51,438 nucleotides of DNA from Eggerthellaceae bacterium (GCA_963646155.1 CAVIUT010000002.1:1-51438), one strand, 5' to 3'; counted from the stretch's first letter, positions 18,823-27,997 are shown. The notes: generated by a model not told the origin, from the letters alone. Numbers and translations: made by a program.

Positions 18823-21755
18823 TGTTTTCCTTCCTTTTTTTCAAGTACAACCACCGCTCTCTTTTCTCTTCCGTCTGCCTTTATGACAAAAGGATACTCA
18901 TTTCTGAGACGCACGAAGTGTTCTGTTTCTAGGACGACGGGAAGAGAATAAATTCTATCGTAGTCGATCACTCCTTTGTTCTGAAGAGGATTGACCGTGA
19001 GATATAAACACCCGAGGCTGGTAACATTCTGGAAGAAGTGGGTCCCCTCGCTGGGCTCTGCATAGAGGCCCTCAACTCCAGTCTCCACTATGACATGAGC
19101 TTTCGATATCTGAGACCATGACACAGGAATTCCCAGCCAGTTATCGCTGCTTCCGAGTCGTCCTGCTGCCACAAGAACGTATTCCGAGTCTGATGATGCG
19201 TTTATTTTCTCGAGTTCTCCCGCCATTCTTACCATTTCGCTGCGGGCGAAAGCATCCTTCTTGAAGATGACTATATCTGAAATGTTATCTATCTTTCCGT
19301 TTCCCATCACGCGTGGCGCAAAGATCAGGGCGCTCTCTTCTTCCTTTTCTGTAACAGTTACATCCTCGAAGCGGTCCGTTGATGATATTGGCCTGAGCTG
19401 CAGTATGGAGAAGTCAGGACGGTCCGGATGCTCTATGTTGACGGCAAACTCAATCTCCACAGGCTCTGACATCGTCTTCGAGCCCAGAACAAGAATGTCG
19501 TGGATAATCTCGCTAAGATGCAGCATGCCGTATTTTACTACTCCGTTGAATGTCAGACTCTTGAAGCCACTCTCTCTCGGATCTTCTGATGTATATCCGT
19601 CGCTGCGGATTGTGCTCATTATGCCTTTTATTGAATCGGGCCACTTAGACGAGAGCGATAAATCTAGAAGCGTCAGGTTGTCTATATCTGAATAAGGGTC
19701 GAAGGGAGTGTTTTTATCGAGTGCATAGAACTTTTTCTGACGCGAGGAGCTACCGTTTATAGAAGTAATAGGAATCTGGGGTTTTGCGGGACAGAAACGG
19801 AAAGCAGAGCCTTCGTCGACAACAGTCTTTCCCATTCCGTAGGCAAGCATTCCGATGCCGTCCTCTTGAGTTCTGTTTCCGGCCGGGTAGTAATCGAGAC
19901 TTCTCGCCACTCCCGAGATATTCGGGAACCAGTAATTCTCGTGCCAGGAGCCGGTAATCTGCTGGAGAACGACTGCCATCTTCTCCTCTTCAACTGCATG
20001 TCCCGTGCTCTTGAGGTACTCGCGTGCACGCATGAAGTAAGTTGATGCCCAGACTGTTTTGATTGCTTTGATTAAATCATCAAGCCTTTTTTCGTCATCT
20101 CCTGTATTTGGAATCATGCATGTCTCATATACACCTGCAAAGGGATAGAAATGGCTGTCCTCGAGAAGGGATGAAGACCTGACAGACATCGGAACATGTA
20201 TTACTTCCAATACCCTCTTCATATCGAGAAGGAAGTCTGACGGAACTTCAGCATTCAGGAAGAGCTCAAGAACTTCCCTGTCGCTCTCTATTTTGGTGAT
20301 ATCACTCGGCCAGAAGTTGTTGAGCGAAAGAAAACGGTCGAATATTTCGGTAGATATGGCAATTGTCTTCGGAATTGAAAGATACACGTCACTGTATTTC
20401 TCACTTATGCGTGACGCCTTCATCTCTGTCGCCAGGAATGCCAGGCCGCGTCCCTTTCCTCCAAGCGACCCTTTTCCGAGCCTCGAGAAGAGATAGGTCT
20501 CGTCGTAGTTCTCCCTCTTGAAGGTTGCAATACTTCCCCTTGTTCTATCCTTCCTGAATTTCTTTATCGTCTGGTAGATAAGTTCCCTTGTCTTCTCTAT
20601 GTCCGAGCCGTCACGCTTTGTCGTAATGGGTTTAAGTGTTGTGGCAAGGGAGAAAAGCGACTGTCCCCTCAGCCAGCGCGAGAAATCATTGCGTTTTACA
20701 TGGTAGCTGAAGACGGAGAGGGGGACCTTCATCATCGTCTCCTGGAGCTCCTTCATGCTGCATGCACGGGCTATTGTTTCGCCGTTATCAGGATTGATGA
20801 ATCTGAATGGCCCGAAGTTATATTTGTCTCTAAAGTAGTCGCCGAGCTCAAGGTACCTGTCGGGGGATAGTTTCCATATGAAATCTGCTCCCGTTCTCTT
20901 TGCCGTCTCCCAGCCCTGGGGGTCGGTGGACTGAATGAGAACAGGAAGTTCGGGATTGTCCTTTTTGATTTCCCTTGTCAGGTACTCGCCGCTGTTATCC
21001 TTTCCGTACGGAGACGGAAACGAGAGATCGGTAATGACACCGAGTATGTTCTCTCTGTATTTCTGATAGAGATTCATCGCTTCATCCCAGGTGCGGGCAA
21101 GTACGATTTTGGGACGACCCCGCATTCTGAGTTTCATTCCCCAGTCATTGAGGGCCTCAAGGATTGACGCCCTGTTCTGCTTTATGAGGAGTGTATATAT
21201 CTCAGGAAGGTATGTTGAGATGAATCTGACGGAGTCCTCGACAAAGAGGATAACTTCTACATCTGCTTCATTGGTGTCGTGGTCGATGTTTATCGCGTCC
21301 TCAATGAGCTTAATCATAGCCAGAAACAGCGATGGGTCGCCCATCCAATAGAATAGTGCGTCGATATAAGGACAGTTTTCGCCTTTTAAGACCTTTGCTT
21401 TCCTGTGGTCGGGGGATGGTGAGAGGACAACAAAAGGAAGTGACGGGTCATATTTCTTGACTTCCTCTGCCAGTACCTCAACTCTTCCCGAGCCCAGATC
21501 AAGCATCGATATAACAAGGTCAAAGCGCTCGCTCTTAAGCCTCTCGAGGGCTTCTTCTTCCGTATTTGTATGGGTTATCTTCGGAGGGTTACTCAGCCCC
21601 AGCGACGTATACTCCTTATAAAGTTCCTCTTCGACCCTTCCATCCTCTTCGAGCATGAATCTGTCGTAGTCGGAGCAGATGAGAAGTACACTGTAGATGT
21701 GCTTCAGCATCAAAGAAGAGAAGGGTATCCATGTTTCATCAAGCTGGTAGTACAT
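18819..21755 (-). CDS. Receiver-domain / PEP-pyruvate-binding (PPDK N-terminal-like) multidomain protein
   Basis: Two CheY-like modules (FDLVISMLDLG; ILGVITDLSFP) are followed by an ATP-grasp-like PPDK_N region (GKGSLGGKGRGLAFL). Its stop overlaps the U32 start (ATGA). Confidence 0.7.
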   Translation of the reverse strand: MYYQLDETWIPFSSLMLKHIYSVLLICSDYDRFMLEEDGRVEEELYKEYTSLGLSNPPKITHTNTEEEALERLKSERFDLVISMLDLGSGRVEVLAEEVKKYDPSLPFVVLSPSPDHRKAKVLKGENCPYIDALFYWMGDPSLFLAMIKLIEDAINIDHDTNEADVEVILFVEDSVRFISTYLPEIYTLLIKQNRASILEALNDWGMKLRMRGRPKIVLARTWDEAMNLYQKYRENILGVITDLSFPSPYGKDNSGEYLTREIKKDNPELPVLIQSTDPQGWETAKRTGADFIWKLSPDRYLELGDYFRDKYNFGPFRFINPDNGETIARACSMKELQETMMKVPLSVFSYHVKRNDFSRWLRGQSLFSLATTLKPITTKRDGSDIEKTRELIYQTIKKFRKDRTRGSIATFKRENYDETYLFSRLGKGSLGGKGRGLAFLATEMKASRISEKYSDVYLSIPKTIAISTEIFDRFLSLNNFWPSDITKIESDREVLELFLNAEVPSDFLLDMKRVLEVIHVPMSVRSSSLLEDSHFYPFAGVYETCMIPNTGDDEKRLDDLIKAIKTVWASTYFMRAREYLKSTGHAVEEEKMAVVLQQITGSWHENYWFPNISGVARSLDYYPAGNRTQEDGIGMLAYGMGKTVVDEGSAFRFCPAKPQIPITSINGSSSRQKKFYALDKNTPFDPYSDIDNLTLLDLSLSSKWPDSIKGIMSTIRSDGYTSEDPRESGFKSLTFNGVVKYGMLHLSEIIHDILVLGSKTMSEPVEIEFAVNIEHPDRPDFSILQLRPISSTDRFEDVTVTEKEEESALIFAPRVMGNGKIDNISDIVIFKKDAFARSEMVRMAGELEKINASSDSEYVLVAAGRLGSSDNWLGIPVSWSQISKAHVIVETGVEGLYAEPSEGTHFFQNVTSLGCLYLTVNPLQNKGVIDYDRIYSLPVVLETEHFVRLRNEYPFVIKADGREKRAVVVLEKKEGKQ

Positions 21756-21934
21756 TACTTTTTAAATTTATTAACAAGAAATAAGACAATGCTCGAGAGC
21801 ATGAAAAAAAGTGTAATCAAGCCGAGAACAAATAGTGTGTTTTCGCTGACTCCCACTACAGATATAAGGACAATCAGGGTAAGAAGCAGTGCTCCCAATG
21901 CCCAGAGAGATATTTTATAAAGGATATTCAACAT
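21755..21934 (-). CDS. Small two-TM membrane protein
   Basis: MLNILYKISLWALGALLLTLIVLISVV...LGLITLFFMLSSIVLFLV. An AGAGG SD lies 5 nt before ATG 21934. Its stop overlaps the start of the downstream gene (TAATG). Confidence 0.5.
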   Translation of the reverse strand: MLNILYKISLWALGALLLTLIVLISVVGVSENTLFVLGLITLFFMLSSIVLFLVNKFKK

Positions 21935-22039
21935 GGCAACCTCTTTTTGCATTATAAATAATGAGGGGAAGGTTATCTACAGAATAGTAAGATGGAGTTT
22001 TAAATTCTGGGTGAACTTCAACTCGATAAAACCTGGATC

Positions 22040-22078
22040 GATATTTCGGCAGTAAAGTGCAATTACTGCCGAAATATC
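22040..22078. repeat. Perfect 15-bp-stem hairpin in a long non-coding stretch
   Basis: gatatttcggcagta-aagtgcaat-tactgccgaaatatc. On the minus strand a GTTTTAT stretch follows after 8 nt, so it may terminate the islet operon. Confidence 0.6.
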
Positions 22079-22534
22079 TGATAACTCCACTGATGGACTA
22101 TAGCATCAAATATGTTTGTTACACAGCTACCGAACCTCACCATTGGCTGTTATTGCGGAAACACATTAAACTGAACCCACTTTGTGGGAACCTTTTCTTC
22201 CTCTGACAACTCTGTGGATAAGGGGGTTCTATTGCCTTTTTCTGTATACAGTGGCATATTCAGTCTGTAGAACATGCCTTCAATGCCTCTGTTCCGCCTC
22301 TTGGGGATAGCAAAAACTGCCACTAATTTCCATATGTGTGGTTCCCACGGGGGTTCATTTCAATCCATTTATCTCAAATTCAGCTGTGAGTTCGTTCCTG
22401 GACGTAAAAGTTATCGTGATTGCTGTCGTTATGGGCTGAATTTATCGACCAAATCTTAAGATTAGACTTTGGGACTTACTGTAGACCTCTGAGGTACTCA
22501 AACCACTGTTATTTATCTTCTTTCTTAGGCTTAC

Positions 22535-22864
22535 TCAATAATCATCAAGCTCGATAGCACGAATATCTTTGAGGATGTTATATTCCTTAGCTTTCTCTGG
22601 ATATTTTTCAGACACCTTCCTAAAAGGGATTACCACCTTTTCATTGTCGAGTTTTATAGCGAGGTCGATTATAATCTCCGAGAGATAGACGAACTCCATG
22701 GCTGTAGCTTCCTCTGTTAGGAATTTGCAGAATCCCTTCCAGTCATCAAGTGCTATTTTAAGAAATGCCTCCCAACACCTCTCCTCACCGTAATCACTTC
22801 CATCATTTTCATTCCAGAGTCGTTCTCGCTCTTTCAATGTACTTAAAAGTTCTTCTCTATTCAT
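22535..22864 (-). CDS. Putative immunity/antitoxin protein for the upstream EndoU-like toxin
   Basis: An acidic 109-aa ORF. Its ATG lies 2 nt after the toxin stop and its SD (AGGAG) lies within the toxin's last codons. I recognise no family. Confidence 0.5.
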   Translation of the reverse strand: MNREELLSTLKERERLWNENDGSDYGEERCWEAFLKIALDDWKGFCKFLTEEATAMEFVYLSEIIIDLAIKLDNEKVVIPFRKVSEKYPEKAKEYNILKDIRAIELDDY

Positions 22865-22866
22865 AT

Positions 22867-23349
22867 CTAACTCCTCTTCTTTTCATTTGATTGGTCCCTG
22901 TCCGGAAATACCGTGGCTGTTTTACCTTTAGTTTTTATCACTCCAACCCAAACGCCCTTGTATTTCCCCCACATCTTGTTCCCGTCCGGCTGATTTACAT
23001 TACGTTTCAATTTTGAGACATATTCTGCAGCCTTGACAATAACCTTCTCATCCCAGCTGGCTGGGAACCATGACTGCGCTGTACCACTTTTTTTGAGATT
23101 ATTTTTATGATTTGGCACATTCCCAACTCTTACTCCATTATCATAAGTATGGACGATGTTAAACTCGATGTTCTGCTTTGTCATATATTCTATAGCCTCC
23201 TGACCATGCCCGCCACTATTGAGTCTATATGGTTTTCCTGTCTTATGTTCTTTTATATATTCTCCTTCGAGAGAATGAATGATTGCCTCATGATGAATAA
23301 TGTTGCTCCCTTTTGAGGTATAATATTTGCCACTAACACCTGTTCCCAT
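22867..23349 (-). CDS. Stand-alone EndoU-like RNase toxin domain protein
   Basis: NSGGHGQE...VGNVPNHKNNLKKSGTAQSWFPASWDEKVIVKAAEYV...KGVWVGVIKTKGKTATVFPD matches the bacterial EndoU toxin pattern as I recall it (GGH, K-x-(S/T)-x-FP-x-x-W-S, GV-x-I/V...FP). It is a basic protein. ATG 23349 is preceded by GAGGAGG at 6-nt spacing. Confidence 0.6.
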   Translation of the reverse strand: MGTGVSGKYYTSKGSNIIHHEAIIHSLEGEYIKEHKTGKPYRLNSGGHGQEAIEYMTKQNIEFNIVHTYDNGVRVGNVPNHKNNLKKSGTAQSWFPASWDEKVIVKAAEYVSKLKRNVNQPDGNKMWGKYKGVWVGVIKTKGKTATVFPDRDQSNEKKRS

Positions 23350-24022
23350 TTCTTGCCTCCTCATGCTTTCTCTTTATCCAGTTCGGGAACTGGATAAAGT
23401 TGGTTCGAACCTCAAAGCCAGAGAAGACTTCTGTCGGCATTGCTCCGTAAACAATAACACTCGCCGGCTCAATAATATCAAGCATAGCTTTTAAGCCTTT
23501 ACGAAGATGAAGTTTCTCTATTCTTGTCTTTGAACATCCGTATGTTCCTATTGCAACTGTAGAATGCTTCTCGATTCCCTGAAAGGCAAAAGGAGTATCT
23601 CCGGCGATAATCTCTTCATACGACCTTTCGTCTCCCCACCTAATGTTTGGTATCGTATATACTCCGTTCTCTTGAAGGAAATGTCCAAATTGTCGATTTC
23701 TGTATGTGTTGAAAATCTGAAGAGCAAGTGGCATGTCATAATAGAGCGAGCAGTCGGGAGATATGGCTCCTCTGAATCGCCTTGCCTTTGCTAATGCTTT
23801 CCAGGGCTCGATGAAGATGTCCTTAAAACGCACATCATGCTCATAGAACATCAGAATGTCTTTTTCGTGTCCCGGAGTATTGCACTGACTATAAGGTATG
23901 AGTCCGGTGGGAATTATTGTCTCTTTGTTGCGCCTGATTAAGGGCATTTCGAATACCCCGTCAAAGACTGCATTCTCAACGAGTTCTGCATTGAAGCCGT
24001 CATTAATTATTTTTTTCTTCAT
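23333..24022 (-). CDS. DUF4417 domain protein
   Basis: ISPDCSLYYDMPLALQIFNTYRNRQFGHFLQENGVYTIPNIRWGDERSY...VAIGTYGC matches the conserved DUF4417 core as I recall it (SPDFSLY-DMPLAMQI-NTYR-R, IPNVRWGDE). Its 3' end overlaps the toxin start by 17 nt. Confidence 0.7.
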   Translation of the reverse strand: MKKKIINDGFNAELVENAVFDGVFEMPLIRRNKETIIPTGLIPYSQCNTPGHEKDILMFYEHDVRFKDIFIEPWKALAKARRFRGAISPDCSLYYDMPLALQIFNTYRNRQFGHFLQENGVYTIPNIRWGDERSYEEIIAGDTPFAFQGIEKHSTVAIGTYGCSKTRIEKLHLRKGLKAMLDIIEPASVIVYGAMPTEVFSGFEVRTNFIQFPNWIKRKHEEARNGNRC

Positions 24023-24119
24023 TGAATCATCTCCTTTTAACTGGAGATAACCTTACTCTGAGATGTTTCGTATTTGAATGCACTCTTGGAGGTGAATTTC
24101 TACACCCGTACGGGTGATT

Positions 24120-25040
24120 TCACTCGAGACGACATATTTTCTTCAGATTGTTAATCTCTTGAGAGTTTGATGTGGCATGATGGTAAGAACCCTTGAGCCT
24201 GCTTGTCCTGAATGCCTTCTCGATATCTGACCATCTTGTGTAAGACAAGACATCTCCGAAAAACTGTGCTAGAGACTGCTTGCTCTTCTTCCAACATAAG
24301 AAGTTGTCCTGAATCTCTACATAACCCGCTTTGATTAGAGAAGGAAGCTTCTCTTCAAGACATGAGCATTCTCTCATGAGGTAAAGAACTGCAGAATTCA
24401 GTTTTGTCTTATCATATCTTCCCTCCACATCCAATATTACTGGCTTATTGCAGGTCCTTGTCTCGAGAAGATACCTGTTAGAGAAAGCATCAATTCCTAG
24501 ACGCGTGAAATACAGGAGATATGAGTCCCAGCCTTCCCTGTAGCTGTAGATATACCCCATAAGCTGAAGCTCCTTTAGTCCATATCTGAATGTGTCAAAA
24601 TGAAAATAATCGAGATATTGGAAGCCCTTTATAAGACAGAAGTTGGAATCAACAGTAGGTGGTGATTTTATCGTATCATAGACAAATAGAGCAGCCTTAG
24701 AGAGCCCATGTCTTCGAGCTGTATTTATGATGTCAAAATCGAGAAGTTCTTCATTTCTTCTGTTTGTTTTCTTATTTTGATCAACCATGACACTATGGGA
24801 GGAAAAAGCTTCCATTGGATTGTTGGAAGGAAGGTTCGGAATATGGGGGCTCATTTTCTCTGGTAAGGCATCCTGTGATACTTGGGGCTTATTATCATGT
24901 GTAGACGTTTCCATTTTTTCTTGCCCCCTCTTTTTTGCATTCCACGCTTCTCTTTCTTGCGATAAGAGGAAATCTTCGGTTTCCTTTACAAGAGCATCAG
25001 AAATAATTTTTTCACCTTCATTCAGTAAACAAATAGACAT
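24120..25040 (-). CDS. Hypothetical protein (possible winged-helix region), islet-associated
   Basis: ATG 25040 has an AAGGAG SD 7 nt upstream. The N-terminal third is low-complexity. The central FRYGLKELQLMGYIYSY segment looks wHTH-like. No confident family. Confidence 0.5.
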   Translation of the reverse strand: MSICLLNEGEKIISDALVKETEDFLLSQEREAWNAKKRGQEKMETSTHDNKPQVSQDALPEKMSPHIPNLPSNNPMEAFSSHSVMVDQNKKTNRRNEELLDFDIINTARRHGLSKAALFVYDTIKSPPTVDSNFCLIKGFQYLDYFHFDTFRYGLKELQLMGYIYSYREGWDSYLLYFTRLGIDAFSNRYLLETRTCNKPVILDVEGRYDKTKLNSAVLYLMRECSCLEEKLPSLIKAGYVEIQDNFLCWKKSKQSLAQFFGDVLSYTRWSDIEKAFRTSRLKGSYHHATSNSQEINNLKKICRLE

Positions 25041-25434
25041 ATGTTGTCTCCTTATACCAGTCATTATAGTCGCAATTAATTTCAATACCCCCAATTCAAA
25101 TGGATTTTAGAAAAGTGCATTGAAGGGAGGAGTCAAGAGTAAGGCTTTGAGGAATTATCACGGAAATACTTCCATTCTGTTTTACATAAGGATGGGGAAA
25201 ATATAGGAGGCCAATTTATAGCTTTTTAATTATCAGCGCTATAACAAAATGAATTACATAGTGTGTAAAAAAGTGTCCGTGGTTTTAGGTGTTTTTTAAA
25301 ATCCTTGTGATATCATCAAAAAATAAGAAAAAAATTAAAGATATGATTAAAATTGAAGAGAAAAATTAAAGTAGAAATAATAATTGACGGATTATAAAAG
25401 TGGATTTACGCTTATTGCATAAAAGGAGATTACA

Positions 25435-26772
25435 ATGTACGAAATTAATACATTCATGGCAGAGCTCGAGAGAAAGAACCCCGCTCAGCCGGAGTTCATC
25501 CAGGCGGCAAGAGAGGTTATCGAATCTGTTATCGACACAGTCAACTCTAATCCGCTTTATTTGAAGAATAAGATTCTCGACAGGATTATCGAGCCGGACA
25601 GGATTATTACGTTCAAGGTTGAATGGGAGGATGACAATCATGAACTTCAGGTCAACCGTGGCTACAGAGTACAGTTCAACAATGCAATTGGTCCTTATAA
25701 GGGCGGACTGAGATTCCACGCCAACGTTACACTGGGTACTCTTAAGTTCCTCGGTTTCGAGCAGATCTTCAAGAACTCACTCACAACACTTCCGATGGGT
25801 GGCGCAAAGGGCGGCTCCGATTTCTCACCGAAGGGAAAGAGTGACGCTGAAATCATGAGATTCTGCCGCTCGTTCATGACAGAGCTTCAGAAGTATATCG
25901 GACCCGACACAGATGTCCCGGCAGGAGACCTCGGAGTCGGCGGAAGGGAAATCGGATTCATGTACGGCCAGTACAAGAGACTGAGAGACGAGAACACCGG
26001 TGTCCTCACAGGTAAGGGCTGGGGATGGGGCGGATCCTTAATCAGACCTGAGGCAACAGGCTTCGGAACTATGTATTTTGCTTCTGAAATGCTTAAAGAG
26101 CACGGAGACAGCTTCGAGGGCAAGAGAATCGCAGTCTCGGGCTTCGGCAATGTCGCATGGGGCGCAGTCACAAAGGCATCCCAGCTCGGCGCTAAGGTTG
26201 TCACAATCTCAGGACCTGACGGCTATGTTCTTGATGAAGACGGAATCAACACGCCTGAAAAGATAGCTTATATGCTTGAACTCAGAGCATCCAACAACGA
26301 TGTTGTTGCACCTTATGCAGAGAAATTCGGAGCTAAGTTCGTACCTGGAAAGAAGCCTTGGGAAGTCAAGGTTGACATGGCATTCCCGTGTGCTCTTCAG
26401 AATGAGCTCAACGGTGACGATGCTGCAACTCTTATCGCTAACGGCGTCAAGTATGTCGTTGAGACAAGTAATATGGGTTGTACACCAGAGGCAATCGCAG
26501 CATTCCAGAAGGCAAGAATTCCGTTCGCACCTGGCAAAGCTGCAAACGCAGGCGGCGTTGCAGTTTCCGGCCTTGAGATGAGCCAGAACGCTATGCACTA
26601 TAACTGGAGCAGTGAAGAAGTTGATGAGAAGCTTCATGGAATCATGAAGAACATCCACGCATCCTGTGTCCGCGAAGGCAGGTGCAGCGATGGTTATATC
26701 GACTACGTAAAGGGTGCAAACATTGCAGGCTTCAAGAAAGTTGCTGATGCAATGTGCCAGCAGGGATATTAA
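25435..26772 (+). CDS. gdhA: NADP-specific glutamate dehydrogenase
   Basis: It has the LPMGGAKGGSDF catalytic Lys motif and the GFGNVAWG dinucleotide fold. It is 445 aa with an AAGGAG SD. Confidence 0.95.
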   Translation: MYEINTFMAELERKNPAQPEFIQAAREVIESVIDTVNSNPLYLKNKILDRIIEPDRIITFKVEWEDDNHELQVNRGYRVQFNNAIGPYKGGLRFHANVTLGTLKFLGFEQIFKNSLTTLPMGGAKGGSDFSPKGKSDAEIMRFCRSFMTELQKYIGPDTDVPAGDLGVGGREIGFMYGQYKRLRDENTGVLTGKGWGWGGSLIRPEATGFGTMYFASEMLKEHGDSFEGKRIAVSGFGNVAWGAVTKASQLGAKVVTISGPDGYVLDEDGINTPEKIAYMLELRASNNDVVAPYAEKFGAKFVPGKKPWEVKVDMAFPCALQNELNGDDAATLIANGVKYVVETSNMGCTPEAIAAFQKARIPFAPGKAANAGGVAVSGLEMSQNAMHYNWSSEEVDEKLHGIMKNIHASCVREGRCSDGYIDYVKGANIAGFKKVADAMCQQGY

Positions 26773-26812
26773 TCCACCATACCATACCTCCATAAATAGA
26801 ATAAACAAGCTG

Positions 26813-26846
26813 CCGTCCGGAGCCCCCGGGCGGTTCCTTTCATTTT
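26813..26846 (+). terminator. Rho-independent terminator after gdhA
   Basis: ccgtccgg-agccc-ccgggcgg forms an 8-bp GC-rich stem with one G-U pair, followed by ttcctttcatttt. Confidence 0.75.
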
Positions 26847-26868
26847 AAGAAGATGGTATTCTTAAGCC

Positions 26869-27015
26869 ATGACTGATGAAGAGAAGAAAAAGAAGAAAGA
26901 AGACGAGGGTGAGGCCCTCGTAAGGAAGCTCATTATCCTCGGCGGCGCCGTATTCGTCTTCTTTTCGATATTGCTCGGCTTCAAGCTTCTCGGGTTCTTT
27001 GACCTTTTGAAATAA
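26869..27015 (+). CDS. Small (48 aa) single-TM protein, not in the ORF track
   Basis: MTDEEKKKKKEDEGEALVRKLIILGGAVFVFFSILLGFKLLGFFDLLK: a charged N-terminus plus one hydrophobic helix. No clear SD. Confidence 0.3.
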   Translation: MTDEEKKKKKEDEGEALVRKLIILGGAVFVFFSILLGFKLLGFFDLLK

Positions 27016-27016
27016 A

Positions 27017-27979
27017 CTACTTCCTATAAACTTTGAGTATGCTCTCGAGTAGTGTTACATACTTCCCGCGTATCGTTTCGGGTGAGATAACCTCGACACT
27101 TGTTCCACACTGCACCAAGCGCAGAAAAAGTTCAATCGAGTTCTCGATTCTCATCGAGCATGTGTAATCGCCGCTTTCGTTTTCAACAACAGATACTTTT
27201 TCATGGTTCAGCGTTGAGAAGGAGTTGAGCGCGCTCTTCTCCTTCACCCTTAGAACAAGGGGAATCATATCGATGGCGTCATAGCTCTCCGAGTCCCTTT
27301 TAGTGAAGGGCTTGAGGTTATCAGGAATAGTGTATGTTTCATTGAGCATCTGGACGGAGACTATCGTTGTTATGTTGAGTGTTATTATGTCCTTAGTGTG
27401 TCTCAGTCTTCCCGTGACGGTCATAGGTTTTCGGCCGTTATTGTCTTCGGTGAAGCCTATGAAGTACGGTGCCATCTCGATTTCCTCGCTTCCCGGGGTC
27501 GTGGAAGATATCTTTGCCAGGTGCCCCGAAACCCAGCAGTCGATGAGAACTTCGATTACCGTGTTGTATTGACTCTTCTCGACCATCGTCGAATCGAATT
27601 TCTTTTCAATGTTTTCTGCAACCGTCAGGATGTTGTCAGATACATTCGGCGCGTAGGAACGCATGTTCATCGCAATCTTTCTTAATCCCGATGCAAGGTG
27701 CGGGTTCTGCACAATCGTGCTGTTGGCAAGTGCCTCAACGGACATGTTGAAGGCAAGTGTTTCATATACCGAGAGCTCTAAGGGAGATGAAGCCTCCGCT
27801 TCCTTTATCTTTATGAGATTATTGTCTTCATATATTTCAATATGTTCAGAGAGGTCCTCTACATACCTGCTTATCGTCGAACGGTGTACGCCGAGGCGTC
27901 GTGCAATCTCGGCTCTTCTTAATCCTTCCGGATGGGAACGCAGCAATAGTTCAAGCTGCGCAACTCTTTCTCCTTTCAT
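27017..27979 (-). CDS. HTH-WYL-WCX type transcriptional regulator
   Basis: An N-terminal HTH (GLRRAEIARRLGVHRSTISRYVEDL), a central WYL-like beta region (APYFIGF...RLRHTKDIITLNITTIVSVQMLNETYTIP) and a C-terminal WCX-like segment (LFLRLVQCGTSVEVISPETIRGKY). ATG 27979 has a GGAGGG SD. Confidence 0.65.
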   Translation of the reverse strand: MKGERVAQLELLLRSHPEGLRRAEIARRLGVHRSTISRYVEDLSEHIEIYEDNNLIKIKEAEASSPLELSVYETLAFNMSVEALANSTIVQNPHLASGLRKIAMNMRSYAPNVSDNILTVAENIEKKFDSTMVEKSQYNTVIEVLIDCWVSGHLAKISSTTPGSEEIEMAPYFIGFTEDNNGRKPMTVTGRLRHTKDIITLNITTIVSVQMLNETYTIPDNLKPFTKRDSESYDAIDMIPLVLRVKEKSALNSFSTLNHEKVSVVENESGDYTCSMRIENSIELFLRLVQCGTSVEVISPETIRGKYVTLLESILKVYRK

Positions 27980-27997
27980 TTTTCCCTCCTTCCCGAT

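Noticed and set aside
22330-22370. CRISPR-repeat-like or tRNA T-arm-like string (ggttcccacgggggttcatttcaatcc)
   Set aside because: It is a single occurrence with no spaced repeats. No acceptor or anticodon arms can be drawn. No cas genes are present in the window.
22274-22459. 61-aa plus-strand ORF in the islet tail
   Set aside because: It has no SD, a Cys/Ser-rich implausible sequence, and is oriented against the flanking genes.
23333-23364. Possible programmed frameshift fusing DUF4417 to the EndoU-like domain into one delivery-plus-toxin protein
   Set aside because: A strong GAGGAGG SD lies 6 nt before ATG 23349 inside the overlap. This argues for an independent, coupled initiation. I saw no slippery heptamer.
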